The position numbers and the translations under genes are program-made. Positions 17,817 to 33,797 of a stretch of 64,000 nt of DNA are shown here, piece by piece. Each line of letters starts with the position of its first letter. Positions within the stretch are counted from its first letter, which is position 1. Under the pieces are notes generated by a model, which saw only the letters and a list, made by a program, of their open reading frames with translations, did not search any database and was not told where the DNA came from. Source of the stretch: the human T2T-CHM13v2.0 reference genome, Homo sapiens; NCBI RefSeq assembly GCF_009914755.1, contig NC_060939.1; one strand, written 5' to 3'.

Positions 17817-18777
17817 GGATAGCTGGTGTAAGTGTCTGAGATTAAGCAGAAGAGTGTCTGTCCTGCCTAAACTGCTCAGGTGAAGCAGAGAATACCTTTG
17901 CAAATCCATCCCTTCCCATCCATAGGTTCATGACATTTTAATCTGCATCTTTTCTTATGCATTTATCCCTAATCAAATGGACATCTCTGTTTAGATGCCT
18001 GGCATTTACGTTAAACTCAAAATATATAAAACTGAACTCATCCTCCTCCCACGTAAATCTGCTTTCTCTTTTCTCACAAACTCAGTAACTGATACGACAC
18101 ACAAAATTGTGCATGTCAGAAACCTGGCCATAAACCTGATTCCTCCCTGTTTTTATTTCTAGCATTTCATCAATCATCCATTTTTGGCAATGTAACCCCC
18201 AATTATTTCTCAATTTTTCAATTAATCTCCATCTTCATTATTCATTCCCTAGTTAAAGTTACCATTATCTCTCACCTGAGTGAAGGGTGAACACGCGTCA
18301 TGCCTTTGAACTTAATCTCCTTTATTCCCTTCTCTTATCAGCAAAGATCCTACTAAATGCAAATAAACCCCTCAAATACTTCTAATAACTCAACAGTGTT
18401 TGACACTATTGGCCACTTCCTTTGGCTTGAAATGCTGCTATTTTGATTCTCATCTCTATCACTCTCCTGGCTTACTTTCTATCTCTTAACCAGGTACTGT
18501 TTTTAGTCTCCGTAGCAGCTTTTCCTTCAATACTACACGTGGTAATGTCTTAGTTTCCCAGAATATCCGCTTCTAGTTACTCTGTGCTTTCACTCTGGAT
18601 AAATGGGTTGCTCCAGTGCAGGGCTATGATTCTCTATCTTGAGCTAGGCATCTTTAATAATTGTGAACCTCATATTTCTTTTAGGACATGTCACTGAGTG
18701 TTTGTATGAACTCTTTACTGTTTTCATCCAAAACCTGTTTTTCACCTCCCTTCTCCATTTCATCAAATCACACTTAT

Positions 18778-19067
<290 letters not shown>

Positions 19068-20270
19068 TCACACTATTCACCGAGTGCTCAAGCCTGAAAC
19101 CTGAGAATCCAGATCTAATCTTCCATGTCCCTTACCTATCCATCCTCCATTCCTCAATTGAGCCACAAATATACCCTCCTTCATCATGTCTACATCATCT
19201 TCATCTCTTAGCAGACTCTCAACTTTGATGCTTTCCCTTCTCAATTCATTCTGAGTATACTAAGGAGGGCAATATTTTAAAAGCCTAATGTCAATTAGAT
19301 GAGTCTGCAAGTCGTTAGTGGTTTCCATTTACTCTTTAAATACAATCTGCCTGCTTACCATTGCCTACAGGGCTGCCCTGATACCTTCCTCTCTCTCCTG
19401 GTTCTGAGCCTTTCTTTCCCCTTCGCAACCCCAGAAAGCACCACCATTATTAGTATGATTTCTTGAGCAAATAACAAAACTGGCTTATAAATAACAAGCT
19501 GAATTTTTAAAAAAATTATACATTTTTCTGAGATAACTCTAAATGCCAAAGTGGTACAAACTTCAGAGCCAGAAGCCCTAATTCTATTCTCATGAACATT
19601 GCCATGAAATGAATGGAAGTTCTAATCTACATGACCTGATTGCCCAGAACTGATTAAGTTCTCATATCTGATCTAAGAACTGCAGCAAGGAGATAGAATT
19701 ACTCTGCTTGTCATAACCTAATCGGGGTCCACCTATGGTCAGTAATACCCTCATGTGAGTACCAGACACAGAATGGGAGACGAGAAAAGAATTTTTTGGA
19801 GACTTTACCAGTTAGGGATGCTTTGAGCTGCACAAAGCAAGCAAAAAACCCACAAGACAATAGCTTAAAGAATGAGATTTTATTCTACATGCCAAAAACT
19901 ATAGATACAAGTAGGTGGCTATTGGTATTTGTCCAGCAGTTTGTAGATGTCAGGCTCAACCTCTCTATGATTTCTTTAGCTGTTTTTATACTGCCATCAT
20001 ACGAGCAACAATAGCTCCTGACTTTCCTTATACATTCCCTGAAAGAGAAAAAGGATGTAGGAAGGAAAAGCACAGATAAACCTCTCTGTACATCTCTTGA
20101 CTGGAACACAGCTGAAAAACCAAGAAGTTAAATATTTAACTTGTGCAGCCTCAACTGTGGAGACAGACAAGAAAAGACAACTGGGTGTCACATGCTGCTC
20201 AGCCCATTTATAATGCTATTTCTCATGGTAAAGGCCACCAGAAAAATCTAGGTGATTCACTCTGGCCCTT

Positions 20271-21240
20271 CATATATATGTATATATATTATACACATAT
20301 ATGTGCATATATATGTATATATATTATACACACATATGTGCATATATATGTATATATTATACACACATATGTGCATATATGTGTATATATTATACACACA
20401 TATGTGCATATATGTATATATTATACACATATGTGCATATATGTATATATTATACACACATATGTGCATATATGTATATATAATACACATACGTGCATAT
20501 AAAATACACATATGTGCATATATGTATATATTACACACATATATGTGCATATATGTATATATTACACACATATGTGCACATATGTATATATATGCACACA
20601 TATGTGCATATATATGTATATATTATACACACATATGTGCATATATATGTGTACTTATTATACACATATATGTGCATATATATGTGCACATATATGTATA
20701 TACTATACACATCTATGCGCACATATATGTATATACTATACACATCTATGCGCACATATATGTATATACTATACACATCTATGCGCACATATATGTATAT
20801 ATTATACACATCTATGCGCACATATATGTATATATTATACACATCTATGCGCACATATATGTATATATTATACACATCTATGCGCACATATATGTATATA
20901 TTATACACATCTATGCGCACATATATGTATATATTATACACATCTATGCGCACATATATGTATATATTATACACATCTATGCGCACATATATGTATATAT
21001 TATACACATCTATGCGCACATATATGTATATATTATACACATCTATGCGCACATATATGTATATATTATACACATCTATGCGCATATATATGTATATATT
21101 ATACACATCTATGCGCATATATATGTATATATTATACACATATACATATATATGAAGGCCCAGATGGGATGATGTGCATATATATGTATATATATTACAC
21201 ACATATATGTATACATGCGTAATTTATATATACATACATA
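20271..21240. repeat. TA/CA-derived minisatellite; homogeneous 33-bp unit (tattatacacatctatgcgcacatatatgtata), ~13 copies at ~20698-21140
   Basis: Direct reading; 11-aa periodic ORFs ([11 protein letters not shown]). Confidence 0.95.
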
Positions 21241-21414
21241 CATGCCTGGATTTATCTTGATCTTCCCTTTGATCTTTGCTAACTCTCTTGTTATCCTTCA
21301 ATTAATTATCAGCTTAAATTTCACCTTTTCAGAAAATTATTTCTTGGGCTTCCTGCCTTAGTTTGTCTTCTCAACCATTCTCTATCAATTTAACCACGTC
21401 ATTTATTTAAATTA

Positions 21415-21543
21415 AACTTTTTTTGTAGAGATGGGGTCTTGCTATGTTGCCCAGGTTGGGCTTGAACTCCTGGCCTCAAGCAATTCTTACATATTGGCCT
21501 CCCAAAGTGTTGGTATTATAGATGTGAGCCACTCTGCCTGGCC
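21415..21543 (-). mobile_element. Alu monomer (FLAM or Alu left arm)
   Basis: Single antisense Alu arm. Confidence 0.85.
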
Positions 21544-21640
21544 CATTTTTTTCATATATCTTATCCAATCATATAATTTGTATTTGAAGTTTCATTTGTA
21601 CCTCTTTGTTGTGCTCTATCAATGCAAAATTTATCAATAA

Positions 21641-21977
<337 letters not shown>

Positions 21978-23426
21978 TTAATTCACCAAATTGTACCAGT
22001 TCCTAGCACAAGTCAGCCATATAGTTGAAGTTCAAGAAATCTCTATTGAATAAATACATAAACAAACTAATTTATACAGCAAACAGGAATCTTAAAGATT
22101 TTTTAGTATAAAGTTGGTGGGCTAATAGAAGAGACATGAAACCGTTTAGATATGGGAAAATATGTAATATAGTTAAGGGCTCCAAACCCTGAGTAGCTGA
22201 ACCCAAGAATAATTGGGCAAATAAAGAGATAAGGAGGGATGTTTTAGACCCCTCATCAGAAAGCAGACAACAACAGCAGCAATAAAAAAACAAAGGTGTC
22301 TGTTCAAAAGAAGGCTATCCTTCAGCATGGCTTCTTCTAAATCTGTTAGCCTTTCATGTGATTCATATGAGCCCTCTTCTTTGTCACATCCTTGAGGAAA
22401 TTGACTGTATCTTCAGCCAGCATGTTTTTTTTTCCTAGCCTCTAGCCAATTCTGAAATTTGTTTATTTCCCTTCTCCTTTTTACTCTATTTATTTTGAGA
22501 AACTCATTATATAGCCCCGTATGCTTGTGTGTGTGGTCACACAGCAGATCCCGGGACACAAAGAGAGCCTCCTCCCAACTTCACCCTTCCACACACCGTT
22601 TTCACGTTGCTAATTGCTTCTCATCCTATAGAACCAATTTATGCCTCACCTCTCTAGGACAGTCTGAGTCGTGTGCACCTGTTTGTGCCTCTTTAGGCCC
22701 CACACTTCTCTTAGGATGGCACTCACTGCGCTGAAATGTAATTATTTTTATTCACCTGCTTCTTTCAATTCAGTGAATGCTCGGCAAGCACAGGACAATG
22801 TCTATTCTGTTCACTCTTGCATCCCTAACTCCTAGCCCTGCATCTGCCGCATATTAGGTACTCAGTAAGCACTCTGAATGAATGCATAAAATAGCATGTA
22901 GTAATTTATACAACTATAGCAGGGTCCAAGGATGCCAATTTCAATTCACTCTTGCTAGTACAGGATATTCATTTTTATTGTATCTTTGATCAATTCATAT
23001 ACACAAAGTATCTTTACTTAATCAGTGAGATTGTATTTGTTTTTCATTTTCTCATTTGATGTTTGTGTTTCCTATTAAGGCACTGACCTCTCTGTGTCCT
23101 TGGCCCATTTATCTAGTAATAAGTTGCTTCTTTTTTTCTTTTGTATACTTTAAGTTCTAGGGGCACATGTGCACAACGTGCAGGTTTGTTACATAGGTAT
23201 ACATGTGCCATGTTGGTTTGCTACACCCATCAACTCATCATTTACATTAGGTATTTCTCCTAATGCTATCCCTCCACCAGCCTCCCACCTCTCGACAGGC
23301 CTCGGTGTGTGATGTTCCCTGCCCTGTGTCCATGTGTTCTCATTCTTCAGCTCCCACCTATGAGTGAGAACATGCGGTGTTTGGTTTTCTATCTTTGTGA
23401 TAGTTTGCTTGGAATGATGGTTTCCA

Positions 23427-26015
<2,589 letters not shown>

Positions 26016-26106
26016 GAATGATGGCTTCCAGCTTCACCCATGCTCATCATCACTGGTCATCAGAGAAATGCAAATCAAAACCACAATGAGATACTATCTC
26101 ACACCA

Positions 26107-26498
<392 letters not shown>

Positions 26499-26645
26499 CT
26501 AAAAAAACTACTAGATATTGGGTTATTTTGTTAGAGTGTTTGTAGCAGTGATTCTTGAAACAAGTTTTTGCTTCCATTGTTTTTCTGCCTTCTGTTTTTT
26601 TTTCTTTCACTAATTTCAACTTATCTACATTACCTCCACTTTGCT

Positions 26646-27262
<617 letters not shown>

Positions 27263-29589
27263 TTTAAATTGGCTAATTTTTGTCAGCCACATATGGTTTT
27301 GTTTTCTTGTGTGGATGGGTAGGTCTTTTCTAATATGTTGAGTTACTTAACTTATATAACAAATATGTATCAAGTGCAGCCCTTATGCCCCATCCTTACC
27401 TCAAGTGTCAAGCAAATAATGAACAGGATAAAGACAATTCTAACCCTTAAGTATGTAACAATCCAGGAGGAGAGAAATAAAAGGCACATAATTATAAACA
27501 GCAGGTGTATTTTGGGTGCATTTAGAACATGGCTGTGCTTAGAGGTTAGGGAGTGTGTTCTCCCAGGAAATAGTGTTCATGAGTTGGTCAGGTAAGACTC
27601 AGGTTGGAGAAGGACATAAAAGGGTTTTCAAGCAGAGGAAATATTTAACTGCATAAGAAGTTCACTTAAAACATTTCTATTTAATAATGATACTGCTTAA
27701 AGTTATTTATTTCCTCTCAGGACAACTTACACCAGGTGTCTTTATATTTTATATTAAATTTATAAAGATCCCTTTTCCCTTCCTTTCATAAAATGAAATT
27801 AACAAATCAAAATATGTTTGCAGGTGTTTGTGAAGAAATGAGGTTCCAGTTGGCAGGTAAAAGTTGACATGTTATGGGGATTTAGGAAAGTCTCTCCCAC
27901 CCACAGCAGTCTGGGCTTCAGCACACTGTCATGTTGGACTGCAACACTGAGGACCAGCTGACCCCTTCCTGATTGACCTATCCCAGGACCTTGTAGGTGA
28001 ATCTTTTGGTAAATATTTGACAAACCCTCCAGTCTTTCTATTTAGAGCCCAGCATGAAAACCCAAGAGAGCTGCTGGGTTCTCTCTCCCCATGCCCCAAG
28101 CTGCTATCTCTGCAGGATCAGGTGTCATGAAGTAAACTCATTTCACATCTGGAAGCCTCTTTCTCTAGGTCTGGCTGCCTCCTAGGCAGCATTAGGGACG
28201 AGTCGCTCTGCCCCATGCCTTACTCCTTTCTCACATTCTCACATTCTCACATTCTGTTTCTCCTGCAAGGGCTAGGTCCTCTATGGCCTGGCTAGGGTGC
28301 CTGTGTGAGTGAGCTTGGGACAGCTTTGGAAAGGGTGGTTCTCCCTGCCTCTGACAGCAGAGAGGAAAGTGGACACAACATAAGGAGTTAAACGGGGATG
28401 TAAGGAGACTGTTTGCCTGGTGATTTCTGGGCTTTACTGCAAGAAGCACACAGGGGTTACAGCTCCTGCAAGGCATCAATCCAGCAGTGAGGGAAGTATT
28501 AAGGCATTAGAGAAGATGACCAGCACCATGTGTGGCAGGAACAACAGCCCACAGTCCTACTCCAGAAATGAAACATCCTGGATATCCCCACAATTTTAAA
28601 TGATAACGGGCAGGTTTATTTTGATTCTGGAGAAACTTTTCGATGGGTTGTGGGGAGGTAAGATTTCCAAACAATCCTAACACTTCTGAACAGGTGAGAC
28701 ACTCACATTGGTTTTGTGTAAGAGGTGCCATCAAAGCCAGGTCACCCCTGCCTGGGTGATTGCAGAAATGTCCCCCTTTCTCTGCAGAACCCCCTTGAAA
28801 ATCTTCACAGGAAGCTTTTAAACCGGGATGGATTTCATCTCAGCATGAACAGGGGCTTCCTAAGCATTTCCAGCACCTGCCCCCACCTGTTAAGTAATGC
28901 CAGTAAGTGTTGGCAATTCCAAATTATAATTCCCTCACCCTAATAGGACTCCCAGTTTACTTCTTTGGGGTGTTATGTGACATGTGTCCTCTTCATTATC
29001 CATCTTCCACAGAAAAGTTTCTGGCTTTGGCCAAATGGTCTTTCCCACTCTTTTGTAGTTTAAAGGACTTCTAGTCTTATTAAAGCCCCCTTTCTCCCCG
29101 CTACCCCTTGCAGGACTAAAAATTCACAGTGAGATTTTTCTTCAGGCATTGCCCCTAATGCCCACCCGCAGCCCACCCCATCCTCTGAGGATTACCTAGT
29201 GGCTCACCGCAACTGAAGGGCTGCAAGGCCACAGACATCCTGATGGACAACCCACCTCCCTCTCTCAGGTGTCTTGTGTGTTTGTCAGAGAAGGTGCCTT
29301 CACCTCCAACCCTCAGGAGAGATTGTTTCAAATCCTAGCTTCACTGCTAAATAGGAATATCACTTTGTTAGGTTAATTAACCTCTCCAAAAGTAAGTTTC
29401 TTAATTTGCACAATCAGAATGATATTGCTTTCTCCAAAATATCATGAGAATTAGAAAAATAAAATTCCTAGCCTTTTTGTATGTGTGGCCCATGAACCCA
29501 TGTGATTGTAGGCTCCCACATAAAATGTAAAAATAAATTTAAAAATAAATAACCTAAAAGCCACGGGGTATAGGGCAGTCGTAGGCAGG

Positions 29590-29790
29590 TGGAGACAAAT
29601 GTGGGCTCTGGATTCATTCTGAGTTCAAGTCCTAGCTCCTTCTCTTATTAACCTTTATGAGCTATGGAAAGTTCATTACCTACATTATTCCTGTGTTTCC
29701 TCCATGGTGCAGAGGCAGTAGGTGCCTGCCTGACAGGCCTGTTGCAAGGATTAAAGGAGAAAAATACATGTTAGGGCTTAGCACAATGTC
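29590..29790. mobile_element. MIR fragment (another at ~29320-29460)
   Basis: gagttcaagtcctagctcc, gtttcctccatggt, ttgcaaggattaaa, ggcttagcacaatg. Confidence 0.55.
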
Positions 29791-29899
29791 TCACTCTTTT
29801 ATATTATAAATATGTTATATGTATATTAATAGATGTCACAAGACATCTATTAATTTTGATAAAATGTAGAAACTTAAGGGAAGGAAATTATTTTTGTTT

Positions 29900-29905
29900 T
29901 TTATT
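29900..29905 (-). terminator. Candidate NDN polyadenylation signal AATAAA (alternative ATTAAA at 30186-30191)
   Basis: tttatt on + strand ~835 nt after the stop codon; would give a ~1.9-kb mRNA. Confidence 0.55.
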
Positions 29906-30739
29906 CCCATATGATGTGATTACAGACAATCTTACTGTTTTGTTTTGTATACTTTTCTATATTTGTGAATGTTTTTGAAATAAACATGAGTTACATTTAA
30001 AGACAATAGAACTATAAACTTCACAAATTTAGGAGTAATCATGAGTAGCGATTTTTCCCACCCTATTAGGGGAAATAGTTGTATCTGTATACACTGTAAA
30101 ATAGAGAATTGTCTCATTCCCAACCATACTGCTTTGTTAAAATGATAAAGTACACTTTTCCAAAAATGATTGTATCACAAGAATCTTTAATGTTTACTTT
30201 AAAGTTGACTCACGGTGGGGTTGTATATGTGTTTAGTAAAGTGTGCCAAGTGCTCACACTGAGACCAGTCCAGTTCAAATTAGTGTACTCCACGAGGGTG
30301 TTTTCTGTGCCCAGCAAGGTCATGAAGGGCCTTGACTTTTCTTGGTTAGGCCGGCTTTGCTGGTGACTTCTTCCAAACTCTGCAGGAGCAGTCTACCCCA
30401 ACACACATCATCAGTCCCATATAAAAGAATAAGATGGAAACTTTCTCAATGTATTTCATCAGTTTAGCACATCTCTGGTACAAAAATCCAAGAAAGGTAG
30501 CACAAAAGCGAAAGCACCAACCAAGCTTACATATAAACAAACATGCATACATCCTAAATACTACACAATAGTACCCAAATGAATACAACATTGCATTAAA
30601 GGTATAAAAGCACTGTACTGAAAACTTAAAAGTTACACGTGAATACTGCACTGTAAATCCTGAATACTATAATGACCCACCCCCACCCTTCCACAGCCCT
30701 GGTGAGGGTCAGAAACCATTCATCTGCCTCCAGACTTTG

Positions 30740-31705
30740 CTAGTCCTCAGAGACACTGCTGCGAGGGTAGTGGGCAGTGGGATTAGCCTCCCGCAGAGCT
30801 CTGGCCTCCTCCAGAGCTTCTCTGTATCGGGAGGGCCAGGCCTGGGGGTCTTTCTTAAAGACCCTGGCCAGGAACTCCATGATTTGCATCTTGGTGATTT
30901 CGCGGCTGGCCCGGGAGCCCCAAAAGAACTCGTATTCGGGCGGCTCCACGTATGGGACGCGCTGGTACTTCAGGTAATTCATTTGGACGAACTCCTCAGT
31001 GATGAGCTTCCGCACGTCCCCGAAGGTGGAGTGCTTCTTCCAGGGCCGCAGCCCCAGGATGCGCAGCACGTTCCAGACGGCGCTCTCTCTGGCGCCGCGG
31101 CCCTTCACGTAGATGAGGCTCAGGATCATGAGCAGGAGGCCTGTCATGGGCATGCGGTTGCTCAGCGCCACCCTGTCCAGCTCCTCGGGCTCCAGCGCTT
31201 TGACCAGCGCAAACTCCATGGTGTGCAGGCTGGTTAGCCTCAGGTGCAGCCCGAACACCCGGGCGAGGATGAGGCTGGTGCGCCGGAGGATGCTCCTGCA
31301 CCACTTCTTGTAGCTGCCGATGACATCTTTCACCATGTCTGGAAACCAGATGATCATCTTCTTCTGGTCCTTGACCAGCACGTACCACATGAGCTCGTGC
31401 GCCTTCTGCACCAGCTGCGCCGGGGCTGGCGGTGCCGGGCCCGGCTGGGCCGCGCTCGGGGCCTGGTGGGCGCGGCCCTCCTCCGCAGCCTGCTGCAGGG
31501 CCTTCGGGTCGCCCTCGTCGTTCGGGGCCTGGGGAGGCGGCGCGGCCTGCGGAGCGGCCGTCGGGCCTAGAGGAGGGCTCTGCGGCTCTGCCAGGGTCGC
31601 GGACGGAGGAACCCCCTCCGAAACCCCAGGGCTGCTGTGCACCTCGGAGTTGGGGGCCTCGGCTGCAAAGTTAGGGTCGCTCAGATCCTTACTTTGTTCT
31701 GACAT
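30740..31705 (-). CDS. NDN: Necdin, MAGE family member (321 aa, intronless)
   Basis: MSEQSKDLSDPNFAAEAPNSEVHSSPG...MAGE homology domain (GLLLMILSLIYVKG, FGDVRKLITEEFVQMNYLKY, EYEFFWGSRA)...YPRSSVSED; ATG at 31705, TAG at 30740-30742. Confidence 0.98.
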   Translation of the reverse strand: MSEQSKDLSDPNFAAEAPNSEVHSSPGVSEGVPPSATLAEPQSPPLGPTAAPQAAPPPQAPNDEGDPKALQQAAEEGRAHQAPSAAQPGPAPPAPAQLVQKAHELMWYVLVKDQKKMIIWFPDMVKDVIGSYKKWCRSILRRTSLILARVFGLHLRLTSLHTMEFALVKALEPEELDRVALSNRMPMTGLLLMILSLIYVKGRGARESAVWNVLRILGLRPWKKHSTFGDVRKLITEEFVQMNYLKYQRVPYVEPPEYEFFWGSRASREITKMQIMEFLARVFKKDPQAWPSRYREALEEARALREANPTAHYPRSSVSED

Positions 31706-31970
31706 GTCTGCGCCGTCTGGCAAGGGCAGGGCCTCTGCGTCCAGGAGCTCTTCGAGCCTGCGCTCCCTCCGCGGATTCCTGGAGAGGAAGTGCGCGTTGC
31801 TGCGCGCGGCGCCTTCCGCAGCGACGGGCAGGGCGGGGCGGCGGCGGGACGCGGCACTGCGCCTGCGCGACCGCGGCCTTGGCCAGCGGCTGGGGGCGGG
31901 CGGGGCAGCGCGGGGCCCCGACGGGGAGGGTCCATGGCGAGGCTTCACCTGCTGGGAGAGCGATCCCGGG
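30870..31970. promoter_or_regulatory. CpG island over NDN promoter and 5' CDS (known to be maternally methylated)
   Basis: High GC and CpG density against a CpG-depleted background; imprinting status is from established knowledge. Confidence 0.9.
31780..31930 (-). promoter_or_regulatory. NDN TATA-less core promoter: ETS-like GGAAGT (31787-31792), GC boxes (~31830-31840, ~31892-31905), NRF1-like TGCGCCTGCGC (31858-31868)
   Basis: Motifs read directly; TSS near 31790 is from recall and inference. Confidence 0.6.
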
Positions 31971-33219
31971 GTTTCCTGTTTGGGCTGAGAAGATCTAGGG
32001 CAGGAGAGAAGTGAGATGGATGCGTACTGGAGAAGGGGCCAGTTTAAGGGAAAGATACCTTAAGTTTTTGGGATGTTGGGGTCAAGTTTCTTGGGAAACG
32101 CTTACCTGGGTATATCCAGAATTAAGTTAAATATGAGAGTCCCAGAGAAAGGTCTGGGCGGCTTTGTAAACATGAGCTTTATGCGAACCAGTGAGAGGAA
32201 CAGTCGGGCTTGTCCAAGAAAATGTGTAAACTGTAAAGTGGATGTCTGAGGTTGGAATCCTGAGAAATTCCAATAAAAAATGATCGACTCCCTACCAAAT
32301 CAGATAGGCTATAAGAAAAGGGGAAATGCAGTGTGTCGTTAACGTAATTTCCTATCAACCCATGTGAACTATGAACTTTTTAAGTAGGCAGTGGACTTAG
32401 AGCATCATTAATGCTTTAACGGGCATAAATTTGGGTTTTACACTTCCTTTGGGTAACTTTGATTCCATTTTATTTTTTTCCATACTTAGTCCATAGCAGA
32501 AGGATTGCTATATCTTTTAGCACAAACTTGTATGATAATGTCTTTTCCCTCTGCCCAGCACCCTCATTCTTCAATTCACCTTCTCTCAGGACCCTCTCTG
32601 AAGCTACTGAGTCCTCCACGTTGGAAGCCACACCCAAGTCTTTCCTGAGATTTAAAAAAAAAATAGGTCCCATGGGTAATATCTGGTAGTGTCTCTGAGA
32701 TGACCAAAGGGTAGCAGGGGAAACATAGGTAACCCTGTTTTCCAGGTATGGAAAACAGATTCCCAGTGGGCAAAGACAAAACTGTCACTCCTACAGGCTC
32801 TCCATGAAAAAAAGGGTCATTGCCTGAGCATCTGAAACCAGGGACCTTAATGCTGCTTCAGCATCCTTGGTCTGGGCTGATGTGGTCCTTCAGCTCTTCC
32901 CGGGTTTCTTCTCATCAGCAGCTTCTTAAATATGCTGTCTTGAATCTAGTTATTGCCACTCGAAGCCAAAAGCATATTTAAAAATTGTCTTGACATGTCT
33001 AGAGTCCTCACTGTGAGTATGTATCTTTTCCCACTTTATTTTTCCTCAAGCAGGTTGATGTTGAAAGGTTTTCTGTGCTTTCTCTCTTTGGGTTTGCACG
33101 CACATAACACTTTTGGCAGAGCCATTACCACACCAGTCCCTCCAACAGGACTCTTAAGCTTCCCACTTCACCAGGGTAATTCCTAGATATCAGTCTTAGT
33201 TGGAATTATTTCAACACTT

Positions 33220-33292
33220 TTCTCCTCCTCCTCACCCTCCTCCACCTCCTCCTTCTCCTCTCCATCTACTTCTCCTTTTTCTCCTTCTTCTA
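33220..33292. repeat. Polypyrimidine (CCT/CTT)n low-complexity tract
   Basis: Direct reading. Confidence 0.75.
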
Positions 33293-33486
33293 TTTATAGA
33301 TATCTACCATTTTCTTGGGAACATCTTACAGAAATATGCTAATTATATTCATTGTTTTTAAGAATGTCTCTTGAACAGACTTATTACCCCCATGCTTCAT
33401 AAATATAATCCTCATTTATTGCATTTAAATCTCCATCAATATTATTCTTTATTTTGTTTGGGTATGTATTATTTTCTAACTATTTA

Positions 33487-33797
<311 letters not shown>

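Noticed and set aside
20698-21140. 33-bp repeats as a CRISPR array
   Set aside because: Tandem units with no unique spacers, no cas genes, primate DNA
20143-21222. Long ORFs (220-306 aa) in several frames
   Set aside because: Artefact of a stop-free TA/CA minisatellite; low-complexity periodic peptides
28229-28255. (tctcacat)x3 mini tandem repeat
   Set aside because: Ordinary slippage repeat
30740-31948. 402-aa ORF as the actual NDN protein
   Set aside because: Begins at GTG; canonical necdin starts at MSEQ (31705). The extension is kept only as a hypothesis
30737-32014. Plus-strand ORFs of 66-222 aa antisense to NDN
   Set aside because: Expected shadow ORFs of a GC-rich CDS; no recognisable domain
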